Part shown: piece after piece, positions 54,686 to 62,830 of the stretch | Position numbering within the stretch: the stretch's first letter is position 1 | Layout: the number at the start of each line of letters is the position of its first letter | NCBI GenBank assembly: GCA_035632635.1 | Contig: DASQGL010000007.1 | Location: forward strand, 7,304 to 71,303 | Direction of reading: 5' to 3' | Length of the DNA stretch: 64,000 nt | DNA from: Candidatus Limnocylindrales bacterium | GTDB lineage: Bacteria > Chloroflexota > Dormibacteria > CF-121 | Program-made: the position numbers and the translations under genes | Notes under the pieces: generated by a model | Told to the model about the DNA's origin: nothing | The model's input: the letters and a program-made list of their open reading frames with translations, nothing else | Databases searched by the model: none

Positions 54686-56955
54686 GGAAGCCGGATCACG
54701 CCCGCGGTCTGCCCGGTCAGGGTCGCGCCCGCGCCGTGCACCCGGACGGCGGCCGGATACGCCAGGCCGGCGTGGAGCGTCAAGGCCTGCGCAGTCTGCT
54801 CGACCCGCACCGCGATCCGGCGCCGGTCGTCTCGGACCTCGAGCTCGCGGCGCCCCGGGTCTCCGAGGTAGACCTCGAAGGTCAGCGGGTCCCAGGCCCG
54901 CTCGTCGCTGAACGCGAGGTCCGGCCCCATGGGGAGCACCGCGCCGGCCCGCACGAACAGGGGCAGCGTGCGCAGGTCGGCCCGGCGGTCGATCCAGCGT
55001 CCCCCCTCGTGGCGCGCGTCGGTCCAGAAGTCGTACCAGGCGCCCCGGGGCAGGTAGACGGCGCGGGTGCCCTCCGCCTCGAACATGGGCGCCACCAGCA
55101 GGTCGGGACCGAGCAGGTACTGGTCGTCGACATCGTGCGTGGCGCGATCGTCCGGATGATCGAAGACGAGCGGTCGGACCAGCGGCACGCCGTCGGGCGC
55201 GCGGAGCGCCGCATTATAGAGGTAGGGCAGCAGCCGGTAGCGCAGGCGGGCGTACTCGCGGAAGATGGCGAGCGCCTGCTCGCCGTAGGCCCATGGCTCG
55301 CGCGGCGCGGTGTGACCGTGAGTCCGCGCGTGGGAGAAGAAGAAGCCCATCTGGCACCAGCGCACGTAGAGCTCGGGCGGAGGTGGGTCCTGCACCCGCG
55401 GGAGGCCGAAGAACCCGCCCATGTCGAAACTCGCGAAGGCCATGCCGGACAGGATCCAACTGAGCGCGCCGCGCAGGCTGGCGGCCATGTCGGTGAACGT
55501 GCAGGCGGGGTCGCCGCCCCACTGCAGCGGAAAGCGCTGCGATCCCGCGTAGCCGGAGCGGGCCCAGACCAGTCCGTAGCCTTTGACCTCTTCGGTCACC
55601 TCGAAGACGGCGCGCTGGTAGAGCAGCGGATAGAGGTTGTGCAGCTCCTCGGCCGGCGTGTGGTCGAAGGCGATCGCATCGCGGGGGAGGTCCTCGCCGA
55701 AGTCCGTCTTGAGGACGGCGACGCCCTGCGCCAGCAGACGACGGTTCCGCTCTTTGAACCACTCCACTGCCTGCGGGTTGGTGAAGTCGACCGCGGCGCT
55801 CGGCTTGACGAAGCCGGTCACCAGCGCCGGCGACCCGTGACCGTCTCGGACCAGGAACCCGCGGGCCGCGCCCTCGCGGCAGAGATCGGAGTCGAGCGGC
55901 AGGTACGGACTTTCCCACAGGCTGAGCCGGAAACCCATCGCCTTCAACTCGGCGATCATGCCGGCCGGATCGGGGAAGGCGGACTCGTCCCAGGTCAGGT
56001 CGCCGTGATGACCCTCGTGGTAGCGCAACCAGTAGGGGTCCAGGTGGAGGACGTCGCAGGGGATCCCCTCCGCCCGCAGGCGTCGCGCCACGCTCATCAG
56101 CTCGTCGCGATTGCGATAGCCCCAGCGGCTCATCCAGAGCCCGAAGGAAAAGGCGGGTGGGACCCGGGGCGCCCCGGTCAGCCGATGATAGCCGCGCAGC
56201 TGGTCGGCCGGGCCGTCGCCCGCGATCAGGTAGACGCGCAGGTGATCGGCGCGCGCGGTGACCTGCCAGGCGCTCACCGAGGCCTCGCCGAGATCCCAGT
56301 AGAGCGGCGCCGTCATGTCGAGGAAGACGGCGCAGCCGGCGCTGCTCAGGAGCAGCGGCAGGTTCTTGTAGGCGCGATCGCTGCGGACGCCAAAGGCGTC
56401 GACCGTCCAGGAGGCGAAGGCTTGCCCGCGCCGGTTCACCGCCCCGAAGTGCTCACCCAGGCCGAAGAGCGCCTCGCCCGGTCGCAGGCGCGCCGTCAGC
56501 CAGTGCAGGCCGCGCGCCCGACCGGAGGGGAAATGATGGTACTGGCCGCGGATGTCGCGGTCGAGCGGGTCCTCGGCAAACCGTTCGCGATCGTCGCCGT
56601 CGAGCAGGCGGATCCGGTACGGATCGCGGTCGACCTCGAGCCGGATGGCCGGGGTGCGCACCGTCCATCCACCGCCCCGCTCCTCCAGCGCCCAGGGAGT
56701 CGCGGTGGGGGCCGAGTCCACCGTCAGCCGCGAGCGGCGCCCGGGGTGCCTCCCAACGTGCAGGCGCACGATGTCGGGGGCGACCGGCCAGATCTCGATC
56801 GGCAGCGCTCGGTCCAGGTCATCCCGGGCGTCGACCCGGAGACGGTCCGCTGTCCGGCGGACCGCTTCGACGCGGCGGATCGAGACGGGATCGCGCGGCC
56901 AGAAGTCCTTCCGGGGCCGCGCCGGCGGAGCGGCTACCAGCCGCGGGCGATCCAC
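54682..56955 (-). CDS. Glycoside hydrolase family 31 (alpha-glucosidase/alpha-xylosidase-like)
   Basis: 757 aa with WMSRWGY, the nucleophile region VLKTDFGE and WGGD. Confidence 0.9.
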   Translation of the reverse strand: MDRPRLVAAPPARPRKDFWPRDPVSIRRVEAVRRTADRLRVDARDDLDRALPIEIWPVAPDIVRLHVGRHPGRRSRLTVDSAPTATPWALEERGGGWTVRTPAIRLEVDRDPYRIRLLDGDDRERFAEDPLDRDIRGQYHHFPSGRARGLHWLTARLRPGEALFGLGEHFGAVNRRGQAFASWTVDAFGVRSDRAYKNLPLLLSSAGCAVFLDMTAPLYWDLGEASVSAWQVTARADHLRVYLIAGDGPADQLRGYHRLTGAPRVPPAFSFGLWMSRWGYRNRDELMSVARRLRAEGIPCDVLHLDPYWLRYHEGHHGDLTWDESAFPDPAGMIAELKAMGFRLSLWESPYLPLDSDLCREGAARGFLVRDGHGSPALVTGFVKPSAAVDFTNPQAVEWFKERNRRLLAQGVAVLKTDFGEDLPRDAIAFDHTPAEELHNLYPLLYQRAVFEVTEEVKGYGLVWARSGYAGSQRFPLQWGGDPACTFTDMAASLRGALSWILSGMAFASFDMGGFFGLPRVQDPPPPELYVRWCQMGFFFSHARTHGHTAPREPWAYGEQALAIFREYARLRYRLLPYLYNAALRAPDGVPLVRPLVFDHPDDRATHDVDDQYLLGPDLLVAPMFEAEGTRAVYLPRGAWYDFWTDARHEGGRWIDRRADLRTLPLFVRAGAVLPMGPDLAFSDERAWDPLTFEVYLGDPGRRELEVRDDRRRIAVRVEQTAQALTLHAGLAYPAAVRVHGAGATLTGQTAGVIRLP

Positions 56956-57536
56956 TCGTCCAGGTGCGGGCGCTCGCTGCCGATGGTCGTCGCCTTGCCG
57001 TGCCCGGGCAACACGCGGGTGTCGTCAGGGAGGGTGAAGAGCTTCGATCGGATGCTCTCGATGATGGTCTCGAAGCTCGCGTTGGGGTTGCTGGTGTTGC
57101 CGGGACCCCCGGGAAACAGCGTGTCGCCGGAAAAGAGCAGGTCGTCGATCAGGAAGCAGATGCTGCCCGGGGTGTGCCCCGGCGTGTGCAGCGCGCGCAC
57201 CTGGTGGGCGCCGAATCGGAAGGTCTCGCCGTCTTTGACTCGATGATCCGGCGGGATGGGCATCATCGGTGCATCGTCGGGGTGGCAGGCGAAGCTCGCG
57301 TGGGTGGAGCCGCGGACCGAGCGCAGCGCCTGGACATGATCCGGGTGCCCGTGGGTGGTGAGAATGGTGGTGACGCGCAGCCCCTCGAGCTCCTCGAGGA
57401 TGCGGGGCGCTTCATTCGCGGCGTCAATCAGGATGGCCTCCTTGGCCCGGGGATCCTGGAGCACGTATACGTTGTTGTCGTAGGGGGGAACCGCAAACGT
57501 GGTCACCCGGTAGGGGCCGTCGCGAAGCATGCTCAC
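56934..57536 (-). CDS. MBL-fold metallo-hydrolase (glyoxalase-II-like)
   Basis: Contains TTHGHPDHV, HTPGHTPGS and GHG. GTG 57536 lies 6 nt after TAGACT. Confidence 0.88.
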   Translation of the reverse strand: MSMLRDGPYRVTTFAVPPYDNNVYVLQDPRAKEAILIDAANEAPRILEELEGLRVTTILTTHGHPDHVQALRSVRGSTHASFACHPDDAPMMPIPPDHRVKDGETFRFGAHQVRALHTPGHTPGSICFLIDDLLFSGDTLFPGGPGNTSNPNASFETIIESIRSKLFTLPDDTRVLPGHGKATTIGSERPHLDEWIARGW

Positions 57537-57608
57537 CGGCTCAGTCTACGGAGGTCGGGATCGACCGGGGCGTGAAAGCGGCGTCCGGAGCGTGCCTAGA
57601 ATCGAGAC
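57537..57608. promoter_or_regulatory. Divergent leaderless-type promoters
   Basis: Minus strand: TAGACT (57548..57543), N6, GTG 57536. Plus strand: TGAAAG (57573-78), N18, TAGAAT (57597-602), N6, ATG 57609. Confidence 0.5.
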
Positions 57609-58463
57609 ATGCCAGGGACGCGACGCATCGGCATGCACATCCGGACCGGGCGCGGGCTCGACCGGGCGGCGCAGAGCGTCAAGGACCTGGGGTTGGACAC
57701 GGTCGCGCTGTTCACCGGGAATCCGAGCGCCTGGCGCTCGGCTCCGGTCGACGCCGGGGCGACCGACCAGTTTCGGCAGACGATGCGGGCCCTGGACGTC
57801 CACCCGGTGCTCTCCCACGCCATGTACCTGATCAACCTGGCGAGTCCGAATCCGACCTTCTACCAGAAGTCGCAGGATGCGCTGGTCGCCGAGCTGAGCC
57901 GCGCCCAGGCCTATGGCTGTGCGGACGCCGTCACCCACGTCGGCAGCCACATGGGGGAGGGCCGCGAGGCCGGCATCACCCGCGTGGTGAGAGCGCTCGA
58001 CGCGGTGCTGGGCCGCTCGCAGAGCCCGGTCGGGCTGCTGCTCGAGATCTCGGCCGGCGGCGGCGCCTACATCGGCTCCCGCTTCGAGGACCTGGCCGAG
58101 ATCCTGGACCGGCTCCCACAGCACGCGCCCCGCCTCGGGGTCTGCTTCGACACGGCGCACGCGTACGCGTCGGGCTACGACCTGGCGGGCGCCGAGCCGA
58201 TGGCGAAGGCCATCGATCGCCTGACCGCGCTCGTGCCGGCCGCGCGCATCCGCGCCGTCCACTGCAACGACACGACCGTCGAATGCGGGGGCAAGGGCGA
58301 CCGCCATCACCACATCGGCCAGGGCCACATCGGGATGGAGGGGTTCCGCGCGCTCCTGCATCACCCGGCGCTGGCTCACGCGGCGTTCATCCTGGAGACG
58401 CCCGGTGAGGAGCGCATCGAGGGTGTCCAGAACCTCACGACCCTGCGGGAGCTGGCACAGTGA
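57609..58463 (+). CDS. nfo: Deoxyribonuclease IV (endonuclease IV, AP endonuclease)
   Basis: Contains HAMYLINLASP, THVGSH, CFDTAHAYASGYD and HCNDT...G...DRHHHIGQG. Confidence 0.93.
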   Translation: MPGTRRIGMHIRTGRGLDRAAQSVKDLGLDTVALFTGNPSAWRSAPVDAGATDQFRQTMRALDVHPVLSHAMYLINLASPNPTFYQKSQDALVAELSRAQAYGCADAVTHVGSHMGEGREAGITRVVRALDAVLGRSQSPVGLLLEISAGGGAYIGSRFEDLAEILDRLPQHAPRLGVCFDTAHAYASGYDLAGAEPMAKAIDRLTALVPAARIRAVHCNDTTVECGGKGDRHHHIGQGHIGMEGFRALLHHPALAHAAFILETPGEERIEGVQNLTTLRELAQ

Positions 58464-59251
58464 GCGGCACGAACCTCCGAGCCGTGCTGTTCGACTACGG
58501 GCACACGCTCATCCATTTCGATGAGCACCCTCACGAAGGACTGGTCGAGGCCTACCAGCGGATCAACCATCTGCTTCGGGACACGCTCGAGCGCGAGGTT
58601 CCGGATGCGCACACGCTGATCGGCAACGTCTCGATCAAAGTCGACGACGAGATCCAGCAGGACTACCAGGAAGGACGGCCGGAAGAAGTGGAGATCTCGC
58701 ACATCTACGACCGCGTGCTGCGGCGGATCGGGCTCGAGCTGGAGCCGGCCCTGATCGAGCAGATCATGGAGCTGGAACAGGAGGGCTGGTTGTCGAGCGT
58801 GCACGTCGGCGACGACGTGCGCCCCACCCTGGAGCGCATCCGGGAGGCGGGCCTGAAGGTCGGCCTCGTCTCGAATGCCGCCTACCGCCCGCGGCTGATG
58901 CGCCGCCAGGTCGAGGCGCTCGGGCTGCTCCCCTATTTCGACTCCCTCACGTTCTCCTCGGAGGTCGGCTTCCGCAAGCCGCACCCGCGCATCTACGCCG
59001 ACGCGCTCCACAAGCTCCAGGTCGAGCCGGCCACCGCGCTGTTCGTCGGCGACCGGGTTCGGGAGGACGTCCGCGGCCCCAAGGCGCTGGGGATGCGTGC
59101 CGTCCTCCTGCGCGAATGGCGCCAGGACGACGACCCGGCCGGGGAGGCCGACTACACCCTGGCCCGGCTGGGCCAGCTCTGGCCCGTGATCGACGCGCTG
59201 GGCCGCCGCGAACTCGATTCGCCGGACGACCGCGGGAAGAAGCATAATTGA
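58460..59251 (+). CDS. HAD-superfamily hydrolase
   Basis: GTG overlaps the nfo stop (GTGA). Motif I is degenerate (VLFDYGHTL). Motifs VSNA and VGDRVREDV are present. Confidence 0.82.
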   Translation: MSGTNLRAVLFDYGHTLIHFDEHPHEGLVEAYQRINHLLRDTLEREVPDAHTLIGNVSIKVDDEIQQDYQEGRPEEVEISHIYDRVLRRIGLELEPALIEQIMELEQEGWLSSVHVGDDVRPTLERIREAGLKVGLVSNAAYRPRLMRRQVEALGLLPYFDSLTFSSEVGFRKPHPRIYADALHKLQVEPATALFVGDRVREDVRGPKALGMRAVLLREWRQDDDPAGEADYTLARLGQLWPVIDALGRRELDSPDDRGKKHN

Positions 59252-59276
59252 GCCGCGGAGGGGTAGGAGGGCACCG

Positions 59277-59564
59277 GTGGATTTCCGCGAGTACCTGAAG
59301 CGCAAATGCCGCGAGCAGAACATCTCGCTGCACCGGCTCGCGGTCCGCTGCGATCTGAACCAGATCTACTTCTACCAGGCGGTCAACAAGAACAAGGAGA
59401 ACCCGCCGCCCTGGGTGCTGCGCCGGGCGGCGCCCCACCTGGGCGTCACCTACATCGAGCTGATGATCGCGGCCGGCCACCTGAACGAGGACGACCTGCG
59501 CGAGTACGAGCAGCGATCCCACGAGCGCACGCGCTCTCGCGAGCGCGAGAAAGTCACGGTCTAG
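59277..59564 (+). CDS. Small helix-turn-helix protein (XRE-like)
   Basis: GTG lies behind GGAGG. HTH segment ISLHRLAVRCDLNQIYFYQAV. GC content is lower than its neighbours. The C-terminal Arg/Glu tail is encoded by a duplicated repeat unit. Confidence 0.6.
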   Translation: MDFREYLKRKCREQNISLHRLAVRCDLNQIYFYQAVNKNKENPPPWVLRRAAPHLGVTYIELMIAAGHLNEDDLREYEQRSHERTRSREREKVTV

Positions 59565-59615
59565 CGCACGCACTCGCGCGAGCGCGAGAAAGCGCGGCTC
59601 GCCCGGCGGGCTCGC
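59526..59615 (+). repeat. 39-nt tandem duplication merging into the dispersed-element core (copy C)
   Basis: Unit 1 (59526-59564) is cgcacgcgctctcgcgagcgcgagaaagtcacggtctag. Unit 2 (59565-59603) is cgcacgcactcgcgcgagcgcgagaaagcgcggctcgcc. The core GAAAGCGCGGCTCGCCCGGCGGGCTCGC matches copies A and B. Confidence 0.7.
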
Positions 59616-59855
59616 ACTCCTTCTTAGCCCCCTCGCAGCGGCGCATGCCGGCATGACGCGGGCGTAAGGCGCTCGTGGCGAGGCCGGTGAGGGGGAGGGG
59701 GCTGAGCTGGCCCGCCGGAGAGGAGGGGTAGTCGTTGGAGGGAATCGGGGACCGGATCAGGGACGCCCGGCGGGCCTCGCCAGCCCCGGCATGATAACCC
59801 GTTTCGGGCGCCGTCACCCCCGTTACACCGGATCGTGACCGGGCCGTTACACGGC

Positions 59856-59891
59856 TGAAAGGGCGGGGGTCAACCGCCTATACTGCCGCCC
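59856..59891 (+). promoter_or_regulatory. Leaderless-type promoter TGAAAG-N17-TATACT-N7-ATG
   Basis: TGAAAG at 59856-61, TATACT at 59879-84, ATG at 59892. Confidence 0.5.
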
Positions 59892-61067
59892 ATGGACGCC
59901 GTGCTCGAGCCGGTCGCGCAGGCGCAGCTCCAGGGGACGCTCGCCCCGTTCGGCGCCTCGGCTGGCCTGCCCGGCGATGCCTACCGCTCGCCGGCCACGT
60001 TCGCCTGGGAACTGCGGCACTTCTTCGAGGGCGGATGGGTGTGCGTCGGACGCGCCGATGACCTCTCGCAACCCGGTGACCGCCGGGCCGTGAGGGTGGG
60101 GACGGAGACGGCCGTGCTGGTCCGGGACACCACGGGCACGCTGCGCGCGTTCTTCAACGTCTGCCGGCACCGCGGCCACGAGTTGCTGCAGGCCGGCGAG
60201 TCGGGCTCCGGAGAGACGGTCGAGTGCCCCTATCACGGCTGGGAGTACGCCCTTGACGGTCGCCTGCGATCGGCTCCGCGGCTGGGCAGGCGGACGAGCT
60301 TCCAGGTCGGTGAGCACGGACTCGCGCCCATGCGGCTTGCGCAATGGCACGGATTCGCGTTCGTCAACGTGTCCGGGGACGCGCCGGACCTTCAAACGTA
60401 CCTCGGGAATGTCGAGGCCTACGTCCAACCCTATGCGCCCGAGTCGCTGATCAGTGCGGCGCGCACGGAGTACGTCGTGCGGGCCAACTGGAAGCTGATC
60501 GGCGAGAACTACCACGAGTGCTACCACTGCCCGAAGATCCATCCCGAGCTCTGCCGGGTCACGCCACCCGATAGCGGCGAGAACTCGTCGCCGGACGGCG
60601 CGTGGGTGGGCGGCTCGATGGACCTGATGGACCATGCCCAGACGATGTCGATGACCGGGGAGAGCCGGGGCGAGATGCTGCCGGGGCTCAACGCGAAACA
60701 GCGCCGCCAGGTCTATTACATCGGTCTCTTCCCCAACCTGTACGTCAGCATGCACCCCGATTACGTGCTGACCCATCGCGTTGAGCCGCTCACCGCGGAC
60801 TCCTCGCGGGTGGAATGCGAATGGCTCTTTCCCCCCGAGGCGCTGGCGCGGCCGGGCTTCGATCCCACCTATGCGACGGAGTTCTGGGACGTCACCAACA
60901 AAGAGGACTGGGCGGCCTGCGAGTCCGTCCAGCGCGGGACGTCCTCGCGTGCCTACAAGCCGGGACCGATCTCGGGCCCGGAAGACGCCGTCTACCAGTT
61001 CGTCACGATGGTCGCCGACGGCTACCTGAACGGTCGCGCGCAAAGACCCCGCGTGCCACCTCGATAG
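59892..61067 (+). CDS. Rieske [2Fe-2S] aromatic-ring-hydroxylating oxygenase, alpha subunit
   Basis: Rieske motif CRHRGHEL...CPYHGW. Mononuclear iron motif NYHECYHCPKIHPEL. Confidence 0.9.
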   Translation: MDAVLEPVAQAQLQGTLAPFGASAGLPGDAYRSPATFAWELRHFFEGGWVCVGRADDLSQPGDRRAVRVGTETAVLVRDTTGTLRAFFNVCRHRGHELLQAGESGSGETVECPYHGWEYALDGRLRSAPRLGRRTSFQVGEHGLAPMRLAQWHGFAFVNVSGDAPDLQTYLGNVEAYVQPYAPESLISAARTEYVVRANWKLIGENYHECYHCPKIHPELCRVTPPDSGENSSPDGAWVGGSMDLMDHAQTMSMTGESRGEMLPGLNAKQRRQVYYIGLFPNLYVSMHPDYVLTHRVEPLTADSSRVECEWLFPPEALARPGFDPTYATEFWDVTNKEDWAACESVQRGTSSRAYKPGPISGPEDAVYQFVTMVADGYLNGRAQRPRVPPR

Positions 61068-61076
61068 CATCGCGTC
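61065..61076 (+). promoter_or_regulatory. Possible internal -10 box TAGCAT, N6, ATG of dinB
   Basis: TAGCAT at 61065-70 includes the TAG stop of the oxygenase gene. ATG at 61077. Confidence 0.25.
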
Positions 61077-62294
61077 ATGGCGCGCGTCGTCATGCACGTC
61101 GATCTCGACGCCTTCTATGCCTCGGTCGAGCAACTGCGCCGGCCGGAGCTGCGCGGCCGTCCGGTGATCGTCGGCGGATCGGGCGCACCCGGGGAGCGCG
61201 GCGTGGTCTCGGCGGCATCCTACGAAGCCCGCCCCTTCGGCGTGCGCTCGGCCATGCCGCTGAGCCGGGCCCGCCGGTTGTGCCCGCAGGCGGTCTTCTT
61301 GCCCTGTGATTTCCCCGCGTATCGGGCCGCCTCGCAGCGCGTCTTCCGCGTCCTCGACCGATACTCGCCGCTGGTGGAGCCGATCTCGCTCGACGAGGCC
61401 TACCTGGAGCTGACCGGCGCGGAGGCCCTGCTGGGCACGCCCGCCGAGCTGGCGCCGCGCCTGCGCGACGAGGTCAAACGCGACTGCGGCCTCGACCTGA
61501 GCATCGGCATCGCGAACTGCAAGGTGGTGGCCAAGGTCGCCTCAGACCTGCGCAAGCCGCGCGGCCTGGTGATCGTCGCCCCAGGCGAGGAAGCCGCCTT
61601 CCTCGCACCGCTCCCGCTGCGCAGACTGCCCGGCTGCGGCCCGGCGACGGCGGCCCGGATCGAACGCCTCGGGGTGCACACGATCGGCGAGCTGGCCGCA
61701 CTCCCCGAAGCGCTGATGGCCGAGCTGCTCGGGCAATTCGGCCGCCTCCTGCACGCCCACGCACGCGGCGTCGACCCGAGCCCGGTCATGCCGCCCGGCG
61801 ACCCGCGGAGCATTTCGCGCGAGGTCACCTTCGATGCGGATGTACGCGATCGCGATCGGTTGCGGGAGACGGTCAACGGGTTGATCCAGGACGTCGCCCA
61901 CAGCCTGCGCGCCCACGGGATGGCCGCGCGCACGGTCACGCTCAAGGTGCGCTACCACCCGTTCGAGACCCAGTCCCGCCAGACGACGCTCAGCGCGCCC
62001 ACCGATCGGGACGACGAGCTGGTCCGGGCCGTGTCCGAGCTGCTCAGCACCCACCTGGAGGCGCACCGGCCGGTCCGGCTGATCGGCGCCGGGGTGAGCA
62101 ACATCGAGTCGCGCGCCACCCAGCTGAGCCTGCTCGAGGCGAGGGCGGGCGGCAAGGCCGCCCTCGATCAGCGCCTCGATGCGCTTCGAGAACGCTTCGG
62201 CGTTCATGCGATCTTTCGCGGGGTCAGGCCCGCCACCGTGCAGAAGGATGTCCGGCGCGACGACCTGGACCGGCTGCGCCCGGAGGATCGATGA
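61077..62294 (+). CDS. dinB: DNA polymerase IV (Y-family)
   Basis: Contains HVDLDAFYASVE, SLDEAYL and the HhH/little-finger regions. Confidence 0.93.
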   Translation: MARVVMHVDLDAFYASVEQLRRPELRGRPVIVGGSGAPGERGVVSAASYEARPFGVRSAMPLSRARRLCPQAVFLPCDFPAYRAASQRVFRVLDRYSPLVEPISLDEAYLELTGAEALLGTPAELAPRLRDEVKRDCGLDLSIGIANCKVVAKVASDLRKPRGLVIVAPGEEAAFLAPLPLRRLPGCGPATAARIERLGVHTIGELAALPEALMAELLGQFGRLLHAHARGVDPSPVMPPGDPRSISREVTFDADVRDRDRLRETVNGLIQDVAHSLRAHGMAARTVTLKVRYHPFETQSRQTTLSAPTDRDDELVRAVSELLSTHLEAHRPVRLIGAGVSNIESRATQLSLLEARAGGKAALDQRLDALRERFGVHAIFRGVRPATVQKDVRRDDLDRLRPEDR

Positions 62295-62830
62295 ACGCAG
62301 CGCGCTTGAGCCACCTGGACGCTGCCGGCCGGGCCGGCATGGTCGACGTCTCGGCCAAGCCGCTCACGCTGCGCGAGGCGGTCGCGCGCGGCGCGGTGCG
62401 GATGACGAAGGAGGCCCTGCGCGTGGTGACCACGGGCACGAGTCGAAAAGGAGACGTCCTGACCACCGCCCGGATCGCCGGGATCATGGGCGCCAAGGCG
62501 ACCAGCGCGCTGATCCCGATGACCCACCCGCTGCCGCTGACCCTGGTGGAGCTGCGATGCACGCCGGACGCCGCCCTGCCCGGGATCCGCATCGAGAGCC
62601 GCGTCCGCTGCCAGGCCCCGACCGGGGCGGAGATGGAGGCACTCACGGCGGTCGCGGTCGCCGCCCTCACGATCGTCGACATGGTCAAGAGCGCGGACCG
62701 GTGGATGACGATCGAGCAGGTCGAACTCGTCCACAAGAGCGGCGGGAAGAGCGGCCGGCTGGATCGCCCGACGAAGCCGCGCCGGGCTAGTGCCCGGACG
62801 CGGCCTTCAGCCCCGCGTCGTAGCCCTTGA
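62291..62830 (+). CDS. moaC: Cyclic pyranopterin monophosphate synthase
   Basis: ATG overlaps the dinB stop (ATGA). Contains LSHLDAAGRAGMVDVSAK, KGDVLTTARIAGIMGAK and IPMTHPL. Carries a basic C-terminal tail of about 25 aa. Confidence 0.9.
   Translation: MNAARLSHLDAAGRAGMVDVSAKPLTLREAVARGAVRMTKEALRVVTTGTSRKGDVLTTARIAGIMGAKATSALIPMTHPLPLTLVELRCTPDAALPGIRIESRVRCQAPTGAEMEALTAVAVAALTIVDMVKSADRWMTIEQVELVHKSGGKSGRLDRPTKPRRASARTRPSAPRRSP

Noticed and set aside
54502-57246. 914-aa plus-strand ORF antisense to the GH31 gene.
   Set aside because: It has no motifs and an Arg/Gly/Pro/Val bias. GH31 signatures (WMSRWGY, KTDFGE) are on the minus strand.
59690-59760. G-quadruplex potential of the GGGGG/GGGG/GGG tracts.
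   Set aside because: The loops between tracts are long (over 12 nt), and G-runs are common by chance in a ~70% GC genome. It is mentioned only as a minor aspect of the spacer finding.
59847-61133. 428-aa minus-strand ORF antisense to the Rieske oxygenase gene.
   Set aside because: The same reasoning applies. The plus strand has Rieske and mononuclear-iron motifs, while the antisense translation is Arg/Gly/Pro-rich.
62787-62830. Convergent CDS overlaps as signs of mis-annotation: moaC with the PGQY-rich protein gene (44 nt), purA with the RnfD-like gene (39 nt), the sigma gene with glxK (41 nt), and the TGase gene with the MBL-fold gene (86 nt).
   Set aside because: The stop codons are fixed by the sequence, and the overlapping tails are non-conserved extensions. 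This is common in compact high-GC genomes. It is not evidence for frameshifts without read data.
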